Below are positions 36,872 through 48,375 of a DNA stretch of 64,000 nucleotides, in pieces. The notes below the pieces were generated by a model. It was given only the letters and a program-made list of their open reading frames with translations, ran no database searches and had not been told where the DNA came from. Location: NCBI GenBank assembly GCA_013115145.1, contig JAAPAO010000062.1, positions 1-64,000 on the forward strand, given 5' to 3'. Every line of letters begins with the position of its first letter. Position 1 is the stretch's first letter. A program made the position numbers and the translations under genes. Origin of the DNA: Perkinsus chesapeaki ATCC PRA-425. Lineage: Eukaryota; Protista; Perkinsozoa.

Positions 36872-38800
36872 TTACAATGGAGAAGCTTTCCCTTCCTCAA
36901 GAGTTTGTAATTCATGATTAACCTGAGACATTCGATCATTATATGACCCAGAGAGCTGGTAAACCCACCACTTCGCGGCCTCTGTCGGCTAGATCCGCTC
37001 GTCGATTCTCATCGCTGGATGATAGTGTGCCCATGTTATCGTCTAGGAATTGCAGGGCACGTCTTCCTAAATTAAATATTGAACTAATGGATGTTATAAA
37101 TCATTACGTCGGTCATCGAACTCCCTCTTGGCGCTGGATGCCATCGAAGCAGCTTGGTCTGAAGGAGGATAGAATAACAGAGACCAAGTCTAATGGCTAG
37201 TGTTACCAGTTGCATCACTGAAGAGAGCTCTGCTGTGTGCTTGGGCATGGGCGGTGGCAGAGGGGCCGTAAAGCCTGATAATAACATACTGGAACCGAGA
37301 ATCGAACTCGGAACCTATCGCGTGTGAGGCGATCGTCATAACCAACTAGACCATTCCAGCCGTGGAAAATAACGCGAAGCACGAACGCCCTCGAGCTGGT
37401 TGTCTTACATGTCCGAAGGCACGCTCTCCGAGTTATTTCGGCCATGACGAAGCCGCAGTCCTCCACACATTCTGGTCATCACCGCGTATAAACTGCCACA
37501 CACTCTATCGAAAAATGGCCTGAAATAGGAACCAAGAATCGACCGGACGAGATCTACGTGTAATAATCGATTATTATTCATCTCTATATTCACCTGGGTG
37601 AACCTCAGATATGAGCTCCCGTTCAAAATGACCATTCCTATCGCGGGTCTATTAGACTGATTATTAAACTCCCGACCTCAACGGCGCACAATGAGGCCGT
37701 TTATATCGCTAGTTCTACTCAAGTCGACGTTGAAGAAGGACCTGCTCACCTCAGAGCCTTCGGGAACATTGAAGCAAAGCGGAAATCATTGGAGTGATCA
37801 CCGTACTGCTGGGCAAAGTAAAAATACCTACACTACAATCATCACCATCAGGAGGAGGAGGAGGAGGAGGTATGATCTCAAACCCTATCACATGTAATAT
37901 CGAATGTAAACCCATCCGGAGATGAAGGCACCGGCTGTCAGAGCCACGTCATGGTGGGCTGGAGAAGTTGCCGGTGATAAAACAGCTACTATTAACTGAT
38001 AAGAGGACAGATAGACGCCAGTTCAAGTAACGGTGTTATTACAGCGATCACAAGGAGGGTAAACGGGAGATGCTCCGCTTCAATGGACTGAAAAACAGTA
38101 CCACCATTTTGCACGCATGCGCATGAATTACCCTGTGATGAGGTATCCTGACGAGCTTCATGGTCGGGAAAGCTTGCTTAACCCCGATTGCTAGAGCACA
38201 GTCTAGACCGGAGATAGTTGCTGTGGGTTGAAACCTGTAGCTCAAAATATCCAAAAAGATTCCGCCCGTTATAGCTCACCAAATAACCTCAGATCGAGTC
38301 ACGTAATAATTGATGACTCGACAGATGAATGCAAACACTCCGGAGAAAACTGAGCGATGAAGACAATGGTATCAAAGCTCCACGCGTGCACATTACATGC
38401 TGTTAAAATGATAAATTTGACCAGCATCTTAGACCCCCATAGTGGCTCCAGTAGACTTGTCAACCACACAGCCAACGGATAGTGGAACACAAACCGCACT
38501 ATACTTGGGTCATATAGCGAACTCTGAATCACCACCTTAGAACCCCCCGTGTCACCGCCCGGTTATCACCGTTATTAAGTTCCAAAATCGTGGTATAGGT
38601 AGCAATGCTCCAGAAGCTGGATAAATGGTCCGCGCTGGAACTAGACCAATAAACTCCCCAACAGCATTCGGCCAGATCCAGCTCAACACGGAGAGGCAAG
38701 GAACCACGCCAAGCAAGAGTATTCGGGAGAGGCTCTTGCTGCTTGTATGGTGATACGCTACTGGCGCCGACTCTGATGACCGGATATCAGAGGAATTCAT
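36872..38800 (-). CDS. TMEM115/DUF1751 (rhomboid-like) Golgi membrane protein
   Basis: GLVPARTIYP...WNLIT; LLEPLWGSKMLVKFI; IGVKQAFP; SYLRFTQ; C-terminal DDRRRRALQFLDDN, assembled through in-frame GT-AG splices. Confidence 0.75.
37287..37360 (-). tRNA. trnV-CAC: tRNA-Val (anticodon CAC)
   Basis: GCTGGAA...TTCCAGT acceptor stem; D arm GGTCTAGTTGGTTATGAC; anticodon arm ATCGC-CTCACAC-GCGAT; T arm CCGAG-TTCGATT-CTCGG. Confidence 0.95.
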
Positions 38801-39041
38801 AACTCGACAAACTGATTGAAAAACCGTAAAATGATCTTCGCCGTCCCCGTGATGATGATGACCGATGTACTATATCAACGCAAGAACCCGATATTAGAAA
38901 CGAAACGGTGGCAGGAGCTCCTCTTTTTTGTTGTTATTCTTCAGTAAGCAACCTATACGGGGTGTAAAAGTGTAGCACAGAAACGCCAGCCAGCCAGACA
39001 GATACGGTTTCATCATCATCAATAAAAACCACAGTAACAGC

Positions 39042-39788
39042 TCAGACATAATTATTACGGATTGCAAAGTCCACCACAGTGAATACGGCTGAGCAGAGAG
39101 AATTATTTTTCTGACACCTCTAGCTACTGTCCTACCTGCAGATGCCACACTGTATTTGGCCATTGCCACCCAACTACCACTAGTAGCTTTGAATAAAGCA
39201 CCGCTTAACGCACCAGCGCCAACAGCATTCCATTGGTCATCCTTTCCCCCTCGAGCCCAGGAAACCATACCGTTAAAAGCGACATAATACATCGCTACGA
39301 CGGAGAATCATTCCCAGTATTCTAGCTCTTCTATTATTACTTATTATTGCCGCTTGATTAGCCAAGGCTGGTCCCTGCGTCGACATGGCATTCATCACAG
39401 CATTAACACGCAGCTTGGATGTTGCACCGCCCTTCTGTAAACCAGTTAAGAGACCAAAGGTACCGCCCACCAACATACCTACAACGACCAACACTAAACC
39501 TTATCTACCATTATAAAAAGCAGCGTACCAGTACCGTACGACAGACCAACTGAATATGTCATTTTATCGCCAAATTGCCTGCCATATCCTTGCAAGTACA
39601 GATTGTCCGGCACGGACTTGTGGTTCACCGCCGACTAAAACAGGCCAGAAAAATCCTATTTTGCGCCGGTTTTTGTCGTTTCTCGCAGCAGCCTGATTTC
39701 GCACCTGTCGTTTAGCTTGGTTCAATATACCAACCGATTGTACGCCTCCTGTGTTTAAATAATCATCAGTTTCCGTGGAGGCAGACAT
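39042..39788 (-). CDS. TIM23: Mitochondrial inner membrane translocase subunit Tim23 (Tim17/22/23 family)
   Basis: GRQFGDKMTYSVGLSYGTG; GGTFGLLTGL...KLRVNAVMNAMSTQGPALANQAA; DDQWNAVGAGALSGALFK. Confidence 0.82.
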
Positions 39789-39841
39789 TATTACGCTGGT
39801 GGAAAAATATCGATTGTATGGGCGCGCGCTAAACGAAACAC

Positions 39842-42800
39842 TCAACACGGCAGCCGGCGCGTCACCGGCGGTGACACAAGGCGGGTGTTAAACTCAAGGA
39901 CTGATGTTAAGTACGACTGTGATGAGAAACTCTGTATAACTGGGAGGACGGTCTCGGCCCATTGCTCGTTCCAGTCGATCTGCCGCCATGCTCTGGCTTT
40001 CTCCATCATCGATGATCTGATAGAAAAATAGGAAAATTACTTCACCCTTACGTCCCCTTTCTAGGGTAGCTCTATGAAGCTCTATATCACACGATTGGCC
40101 GGCAGCTTCTAACTCCATAAGGAATAAGGAGAAGGCAGACTAATTCGACGGCTGCCCGGAAATCGACACGCAACCAAGTGAGTTCCTGGATGTTGACCGT
40201 TCTTCGTTCTTACCGAAGTTTCACCGAACGATCTCCTTCTAAGGCAAGTTTGGTGAATAAGTTGACAACATCATGTGATGTATTGAATGTTAATACACCA
40301 GCGGCATCGGCTGAAAAGGTAAGAAGATACCCGGGAAAGCGACAATGGGAGGGTAGGTGATCGTTGGTTGGCGGGCGAAGGTGTAATTATGATGTACATT
40401 GCGGAATGGATGTTTCAAGCGATTGATGGGCTTAGAAGAGGTCGAATATATTGCTTTTCTGCGATATTTGACAAGTTCGACCCTGTAAATTCTAGCAATG
40501 CAAAATATAGAGCCCAGATAGCTCAGTTGGGAGAGCGCCAGACTGAAGATCTGGAGGTCCTCAGTTCGATCCTGGGTCTGGGCATTTTCGAAATTAGAGC
40601 ATTTAATTCGCTTTAAAACCTTCTTCATCAATGCCACACGATCTGCAAGTATCACATGAAAATTCAGCCGTCCCGTCTCACCAAGCTCTCCAAATGCCTC
40701 AAAGTCTCGTCCCATGACTGGAAGCTCAGCACCCAACATATCGACAACCTTCATTGGTAAATCCAAACCAGATGATGATTGATGCAATGATATACCCATC
40801 TCAACAGAACCTATTACGTTGCGTACGAGACCATCCAATTACGACCGCGCGCCACGAAATATAGCTACCCAGCAGAAGAGGATAGTCGGACGCTGATAAC
40901 CACGGTGTGTAGAGCTTCACATTCGTGAGCTTTAAATCATCGAAGGCTCGAACGAAGGCCTCTTTGCATGGCCCTTTACCGGTTATGAAGAATACCTAAT
41001 AATAGGTTGTAAAGGTATGGATAGGTATGTAATATATAATAATATTATAGAGTTGGAATATTAGATTGGATTAAGGATATAGAAATAATGGAATTGAAGT
41101 TGACATGAGAAAATTTCCAAGGACTAAATCGTACAGCCTACAACTACACTGTTCTTTACTCTGCAAATTACACATCATTGATCCATTTAAGCCTACGCAG
41201 GTTACATTAACTAGGTGGTTAACGGGACGGAAGTGTACGAGCTATCAGGCAAGTAGGTAACTAAGTTATTTAAATTATTATTTGATTATTACTAAATATT
41301 TATTTATTTTTATTTAATTAAATGTTTATTTGTGTTACGGGTCAATTCAACTTTACTGACAATACAAAAGCGAAGCCACTCCATACGGTGTCCAATTCAA
41401 GAGTTACCAAATTCATTTTGTCCTTCCTCAATAGATAATCTATCTCCACTAGACCCGGCAATAGCATCATGAAATCTTCATCTGGCGTCCATGAAGTACC
41501 TTAGATGAATATGCATAAATTCATATCCTCAATTCTCGAATATCGAAGTTTCACAGAACATTATTTCAATAAATCGCAAAATTCACCGATTGTCATTTCA
41601 TCTGGTGAAGCATATCTTTGCGAGCGTGCAAAACCGCGATCAGCGATGACTTCTTACACAAGGTAGAGTTGAGAAGCTAGTCCGTACAAAGATGAGGTAG
41701 AAATTATGTTAAGAAAAAACATCTTCAAAATAGCAGGGACGACACGGTAATAAAACGCTAAAGACAAACTGGATGTCCAATACTGATCGGAAGCGAGGAG
41801 AAAAGTCTCTTTGAATCCTGGTGATAAGGCAAGCTAATTAGCTTAGACTCAGCAGCAGTCATTCAATTGCACCAGATTGATAAGAAATTAGATATCATCC
41901 CACCATCGAGGGCCTATTAAAATAAAGCACAGTATTAATATTACTCGACACCATCGTAACAACATTCGAGCTACTGCTTGTTAAGTCCTCCTGTACACCA
42001 TAATCTTCCTGTAGTTTATTATAAAGAATCCGTCGTTCATTAACTGACGCTCGACCGCGGAACCTTCCCTTTAACGGTCTATCGTAACAAGTGACCACAT
42101 GTGATACCTAAACACAGGGAGATATGATCTCACGTATTTGCAAAGCTAATTATAATCCAGCTCAAAGTATACTTTCACCTGGTAAACTACCACCAATCGA
42201 TTTTAGAACTAAACTGGTTCACACGTTATAATCCGTATGGCATGTCCGCCCTAATAGTAACTTAATAGGTACTGTGTATCATATTTTTATTCTCCTTCTT
42301 ACGCAGCACCGATCCCTTCAACCGTATGCCGTAAGTGAGGGGCTTGCCGTCTATCTTCTCAGTAGTTATACTGTTTCTTTTCTCAGGTAGCGCTCGCCTT
42401 CACCAGGCAGACAGTAGCTCTATAAGTTTCAGTTACTAGAAAAAACCGAGCCCTCCGAAATGTAGAAACAATATTATGTACTACAACAGTAATCGAGGTC
42501 CAAAACCTCCCGAAAAGAGCTATATTACTAATAGTAAACACATAGCAATCTCCTATCCAGCTATATCGTCTCCTCCTCCTCCTACAATGTCGACAATCAA
42601 AGCCTTTCCGAGCCCCCCAGATACCACTATTATCACCTTCCACTTATCCCTCAAGAATCCTCCCATTTTATGGGTTACACATAAGCCAAAGTCACATCTA
42701 GAGGCCCAAAACGATTCGTAGATTTCACTTAACCGTACGAGAATGTTGCGCTGACCAAGTTTCTCAGCAAGAATAGTGTACCTAATAATAAGGAATGGCA

Positions 42801-44283
42801 CGCATTATGTAACGATGAGGAAGGCTCTATTATTGGAGAAAGTAGTTAACAGCATGTTGCTAAAGGAGAAATATTTTATTAAGTCGGGGAACAAGGAAAG
42901 TGAGATATGGAATATATAATGCAAAGTGTCAGCAATGTCTACATTATACAGTGGAATGTGAAATCGTCACCGATATTCAATCGTTACTACGTTGCTGATA
43001 ATTGATTATTATTAATTACGAGCAAATCATTGATAATTAATCGTAATTGGTGTTAATTAGTTCTTTTCGTCAAACCATAACGGAGATTGAAGCCCTGTTT
43101 CAAAAGTCAGCAAGATGCTTTTCACGCAATGACCTCAGTTTATGTTACGTCATTACGAGTCACAGTCACTCGCCACAAAATTCCGAGCTGCTTACGCTAG
43201 GTTATGGAAATCCACTATCAATTTGGAATGCCTTAAGAACGCTACCGTACTGGCGACCATTAAAGTCGGAATAGCTGGTGGAGTTTGAACCTGGAGTCCA
43301 GCCACAAAGATAGTCACAATCGATCACGTGATCGATTACCATAATGAGTTGCGGCCTCGGAGTTTCAACCAGCAATACCCAGAGCAGTTGACCACCCTCG
43401 AATGCTAACTTGCATGCGGCATACAGAATGTATCTGGTGGTGGAAAAACTGATAGAAAAACCGTATTTGAAACTGACAATAACTTACGGTATTGCGAACC
43501 TGGATGCAAAGGGCTTGATGTGCCGCAACTTAATATGCTCTGATTCAACAACCTCTCTCGTCGGCTGTGACCTGACATCATCATCACGATGCAGCTTGCA
43601 AAACCCAAAACCCAAAACCCGAAACCCAACTTGGAGACTAGCATGAAGATTTTTAATTTTAGCGTAATAGTTTTTAGTATCTTCCCATCTTAGCGTAATG
43701 ACGTCAAAAAATGAGTTCGCTTTGCAAAAGTAAGAACACCATGATGAAGGAAGAGTGATATTATTTTATCCTCTATTTTTATAGATATCATAAGTATCAT
43801 TGTAGACCATAAGATGTACATTACCTTACTGGGATCATCCCTGAGGGATATAAGGTAATCCGCCATCAATAATAGATAATAATAACGTATAATAACAAAT
43901 AGTACAACACACTGAAATTTAGTAGGATTCATTATCAATCATTTATGTTGGTTCTATTTACCGTAATGATATTACTATAAGATGATGAAGAGGGAGGAAG
44001 TCATCTACATCTTTACTACCCCGGATATCCAACCAGAACAACGTCCATACCCGCCTGATTCGCCAGTGACAAGGAATGATATCTGACCCGAAAAATATCT
44101 TTACGCACTGCGGAGAATTTAAGATACTTACTGCATTCTAGGAGAATGGCCAACATCCCCCAAGACCAACACAATAGCAAGCTTTCGCTGAGATTCATGA
44201 TAAGGTCGATAGAGAATATACGCAAACACCAGTAGCACGGCGATGACAATTCCTACTAGTATGAGAGTCGCCGCCGCCATCAT
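39842..44283 (-). CDS. ALG1: Chitobiosyldiphosphodolichol beta-mannosyltransferase
   Basis: N-terminal TM; GDVGHSPRMQ, RYHSLSLA, QTPPAIPTL, YDRP, STSWTPDEDF, ITGKGP, HQSSSGLDLPMKVVDM; C-terminal DWNEQWAETVLP. Many introns. Confidence 0.92.
40512..40584 (+). tRNA. trnF-GAA: tRNA-Phe (anticodon GAA)
   Basis: GCCCAGA TAGCTCAGTTGGGAGAGC G CCAGA-CTGAAGA-TCTGG AGGTC CTCAG-TTCGATC-CTGGG TCTGGGC A, followed by TTTT. Confidence 0.97.
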
Positions 44284-45403
44284 AATCGATCATAAAAAAA
44301 CTAAAGGGAGGGTCCATAACAGAGAGGCTAGTCAGGTTTATGTTGTAGCAGGTTTCTTGTCGTTGCTTTCGATGGCTTTGAAGACTGGCTGAAAAGAGTA
44401 TCGGGTAACAGCCAGATACTCTCCACCGGGCAGAGTAATAAGAACCACATTGATATATCAACAACTACTCGGGGCTTCCCAATCCCCGCTTTTGCTGTGC
44501 GTTTTTATGATAAGGCAATCGGCACGAATAAGACAGAGCGAGCTGCCGAGGAAAGGATCATATTATACCCCGTAGCGCCAATAAGTGCATTAACAAATAT
44601 GATAGTGATAGACAGTGCTCCTAACTTACGAGTTATCTCATCGGATTTGAGTTTGATCTGGGACTAGAGGAAAAACACACTTACAGCTGAACTTGGTCAC
44701 TACAAATATCCAACAAATAATAACCGAATATGGATAAATAATACCATACTTCCCTCAGCTCCTACAAATATCACGCCTCCAATACATAAGTGAATCAATA
44801 ATATCATATTTCCCCCAACTCTTACAACTATCAACACCACACACTATCATAATGTAATACTCTTCCTATCAAGTACTAATACCCTCTCTATGAGGCTTCC
44901 TCTTCCTCAGTACTACCAGCAGCATTCGCTGTGGTGGAGTCCTTCACCGCTGCATCGGTTGCCGAGCTAGTTGCACCTGATAATAACTAATAACCAAGCG
45001 AGCTGCTAGTGGCATGTGAACAAGATCGTCGGACGGAGAGATCAACACTAAATTGCGACCGTATTAGCATTGCAGCTGCAGGTTATCTGCTAACCTTGGC
45101 TTGGGCACGGATCAATACCTTCGCGTCGGGCGATGATATAAACACTGTGACCTTGGGAAACTCAGCCAATCTTGCAAGAATCGAGCGCCCGGAAATTAGT
45201 GTTATTCTTATCAATATAACCTCAGCCCTATCCAAAGCTTCCGCCGGCACTCCCTATTACGGAATATTATCAATGTCTAAATCGACCTAATACTAATATT
45301 ACTCAGAGCATCTTCTCCTATTTTATCTTTTCACAACAACTACTAATAATTTCACAAAATTCAAAATGCACCCAAAAATGGCCTTGCCCCACATGCCCCC
45401 CCA

Positions 45404-45817
45404 TTACACACCATTTTCTCCATGATTCTCGGTGGCATTCTCGTCACCAGCAGCGTTACTGCTCTCGTGCTGCTCCTCCCGGCCCCTTTCAAAATACTTC
45501 TCTAGATCTTCATCGTACTTCTTCGCCAAAGCATCTTCACCCTTGTAACGCAACAATGCCTCATCCTGAATCATTGGAATCTTAGCTTCAACCGTGCATG
45601 ATACTCCCAAGCTTACAAGCTGCTCAGCTGTAACATGTTCCTTTCTTCCCTTACCCCCCTTTCCACTGAAAAAACACCACCATAACAGCCCAATTGCCCC
45701 GTCATCCAGGTACCCTTTGCGTCCAGAATTCTTCCATCCACCCCGTCTGGTCATATTGCCTTGTCGACTTCCCTTCCCTTTACCACCGCTCCGACGCTGA
45801 TTGTTGTATTGGACCAT
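45404..45817 (-). CDS. RGG-rich protein with a Chtop/Friend-of-PRMT1 C-terminal duplication-like motif
   Basis: Arg/Gly/Lys-rich N-terminus; spliced VTAEQL/DEALLRYKGEDALAKKYDEDLEKYF resembles the duplicated (T)AEELDxELDxY motif. Confidence 0.55.
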   Translation of the reverse strand: MVQYNNQRRSGGKGKGSRQGNMTRRGGWKNSGRKGYLDDGAIGLLWWCFFSGKGGKGRKEHVTAEQLVSLGVSCTVEAKIPMIQDEALLRYKGEDALAKKYDEDLEKYFERGREEQHESSNAAGDENATENHGENGV

Positions 45818-46130
45818 CGAGGATTCAAAGGTGACAAAAAGCAGCAGCTATCAAATGATAATGCATATCGACTCAATTACTCCACGGATTCCCTATTAAA
45901 GCGAAGCCATTTATGTGCAGCTATACAGAATGCGACTTTTAAGTAACTACAACCAGTAAGGTAAGCTGCCGCCCACCAGTTCCTTCAAAATCTCCAACTA
46001 AAATGCGCATAACATGAGTCGCTTCGCTCCGCTTTTTATATTTCTCGCTACGCAAAGTCGATCGATAAAAGTGGCTTTGGCTACCGTAGGCCTGCCTGTT
46101 TTGCCGTAGGTTGGCAGTACCGCAGTCATA

Positions 46131-46936
46131 ATGGTTAAGACGGATCCTTCTATCAGCATGAAGGTAATTCTTCTTGGGTGGCTTTATATAGTGGAGAGGG
46201 ACGTCTTACATCAATGAGAATCTTAGCTTCACCCGTGCTAGATGTAACTTAGGTCAATCCGTGTGGCACGTTGACCGATCTATTCCCTTAATGTATGTAC
46301 CATTCTCAGATGCACCTGTACCAACTCGTTGGTCGGGCTGCTCCTTCAGCTAAGAACCCCAAGCCGAAGATCTTCCGCATGAAGATGTTCGCCCGCAACT
46401 CCGTTGTTGCCAAGTCCAAGTTCTGGTAGTATTCCTGTTACTCCCATTTTACCTTTTTTCTATCAGTTTTTTCATCTCAGGTATTACATGAAACGTATTA
46501 CCAAGGCTAAGCTTACCGGGGGTGAGATGCTTGGCATCACTGAGTGCTTCGAGAAGCACCCCACTACCGTCAACAACTACGGTATCTGGCTCCGTTACGA
46601 TTCTCGTTCCGGCACTCACAACATGTAATGCTCTAGCCACTCTTCAACCATTATTATTATCCTCTCTTACGCAGGTACAAGGAGTACCGTGACACCACTC
46701 TTACTGGTGCCGTCGGGCAGATGTACCAGGAGATGGCCGGTCGTCATCGTGCTCTCGCCTCCAACGTGCAGATCATCAAGACTGCCACTTTGAAGAACGA
46801 TGAGTGCCGTCGTCCTCACATCACCCAGTACCATCACAACGCCAAGTTCCCTCTGCCTCGTCGTATCCCTCGTACTGCTCTTAAGTACAAGAAGACCTTC
46901 CGTGCCGGCAGCAGACCTAGCGTATTCGCCCAGTAA
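46131..46936 (+). CDS. RPL18A: 60S ribosomal protein L18a (eL20)
   Basis: YQLVGRAAP...[20 protein letters not shown] / [17 protein letters not shown] / [26 protein letters not shown]; 4 exons. Confidence 0.97.
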
Positions 46937-47622
46937 ACTATAGCTGTGGTTAACTTTGGTGGCTATTACGATGATAGATGGACTAACGGCTGCTGCTATT
47001 ACTGATTGGCCTTGCGGATCATCCAACCTGCCAGGGATTACTAACTGTCTTGTGTTTTAGTAATTGTAATTCAATGGTTAGGTAGATGGGCTGCAGACTA
47101 TCTGACTGTGTATGCCTTAGGAACGCTGGTGGGAGGAGAGTGCTTGTGTCCAGTGAGGCAATGGACAATTTGGGAAACGCTGATTTATAAGAAATCGTTT
47201 GAATCCAAAAGTGAATGGATTGAATTAGGATGACTGATCCTGAGTCACGTCAGACCTCGAACATTGGTTTGGTTATTACTTATCCTTTCCAGTGCAAAGC
47301 GCCCTTTTGGAAATCCCGTTGTTGAACAAGATGCAGCCCATTGATCGCTCCAGTTTTATTCTTATTCTCAATCCGTAATGTCTCGCTACGATGCTTATTT
47401 CCCTTAATTAAGTTTTAGGTAGGCTCTCAAGCGTGCAGGAGACGCTGGATGAAGTGTTGCCTCTGACTTAGGCAAAGAAGGCTCTCGAGTCCTCCCACAC
47501 TTATAGTCTGAACTGGGGAAGCTAATTAATAAAACTCAACTGAACGACCTAAATGTAAAAGTCACTTTCTGAAGGCCCCACGATTTCTGAGGTGACCAGC
47601 AAAATTAAAATAAAATGCAACA

Positions 47623-48375
47623 TTAGAGATTTTCAAGAACGACACGTTTAGCGGTTTCGAGGCCAGTTCTGATCATCCTTTCCTTGCCCTGCTTCACGAC
47701 TTCGCCATGGGGGTCGTAATCACCATCATCCCACTTCAATGGTGACCCGTCTACAGTGGCAATAGCAGCAGATCTGATGCCTCTCAAACTTGCCACGACA
47801 AACAGAGCGGCGTTCTCCATTTCGACGGCAATGGCACCTGCGGCAGCGTGCTTAAGCAAGTTGCTGTCGGCAGCCGCACTTGGATAGAAGGCAGCGAGAC
47901 TTAATGATACACCAAAATGAGTGTTCTCATAACCGAGGCTTCTGGCAGTGTCTCGCATAGCAAGGCAGAGCACAGGATCGGCAACTGCTGGGAAACCATC
48001 GGGGACAAGAGTTTGTGTAACACCATCTTCACGACAAGCACCAGTAGTGACTATCAAATCACCTTGCTTGATGTCATCAGGCTTTAGCGAACCACAAGTT
48101 CCAAGACGCATAATAACCTTAGCGCCACATTTGATGAGTTCCTCGAAGCAAATGGCACAACCTGGGCCGCCGATACCGTGGGAACAAATAGAGAAGTCCG
48201 CCCCGCCGTAAGTGACATTATAGGAACGATACTCTCTGTTGAAGGCGAGCTCCTCGGACTTGTCACAGTACTTGGTCGCGATGAGCTCGGCACGAAAAGG
48301 GTCACCTACAACGCAGACAACGGGACGGATGGCGCCCTCCTTGATTTTCAAATGCGGAGCTTCGTAGGCGGGCAT
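47623..48375 (-). CDS. PNP: Purine nucleoside phosphorylase (PNP/UDP family, apicomplexan/bacterial type), intronless
   Basis: VVGDPFRA, FNREYRSY, SHGIGGPGCAICFEEL, RLGTCGSL, AVEMENAALF, ATVDG. Confidence 0.93.
   Translation of the reverse strand: MPAYEAPHLKIKEGAIRPVVCVVGDPFRAELIATKYCDKSEELAFNREYRSYNVTYGGADFSICSHGIGGPGCAICFEELIKCGAKVIMRLGTCGSLKPDDIKQGDLIVTTGACREDGVTQTLVPDGFPAVADPVLCLAMRDTARSLGYENTHFGVSLSLAAFYPSAAADSNLLKHAAAGAIAVEMENAALFVVASLRGIRSAAIATVDGSPLKWDDGDYDPHGEVVKQGKERMIRTGLETAKRVVLENL

Noticed and set aside
40290-40838. 182-aa ORF reading through the antisense tRNA-Phe
   Set aside because: Only its 5' part is ALG1. A splice 40681 to 40311 restores ALG1 homology, so the read-through is fortuitous.
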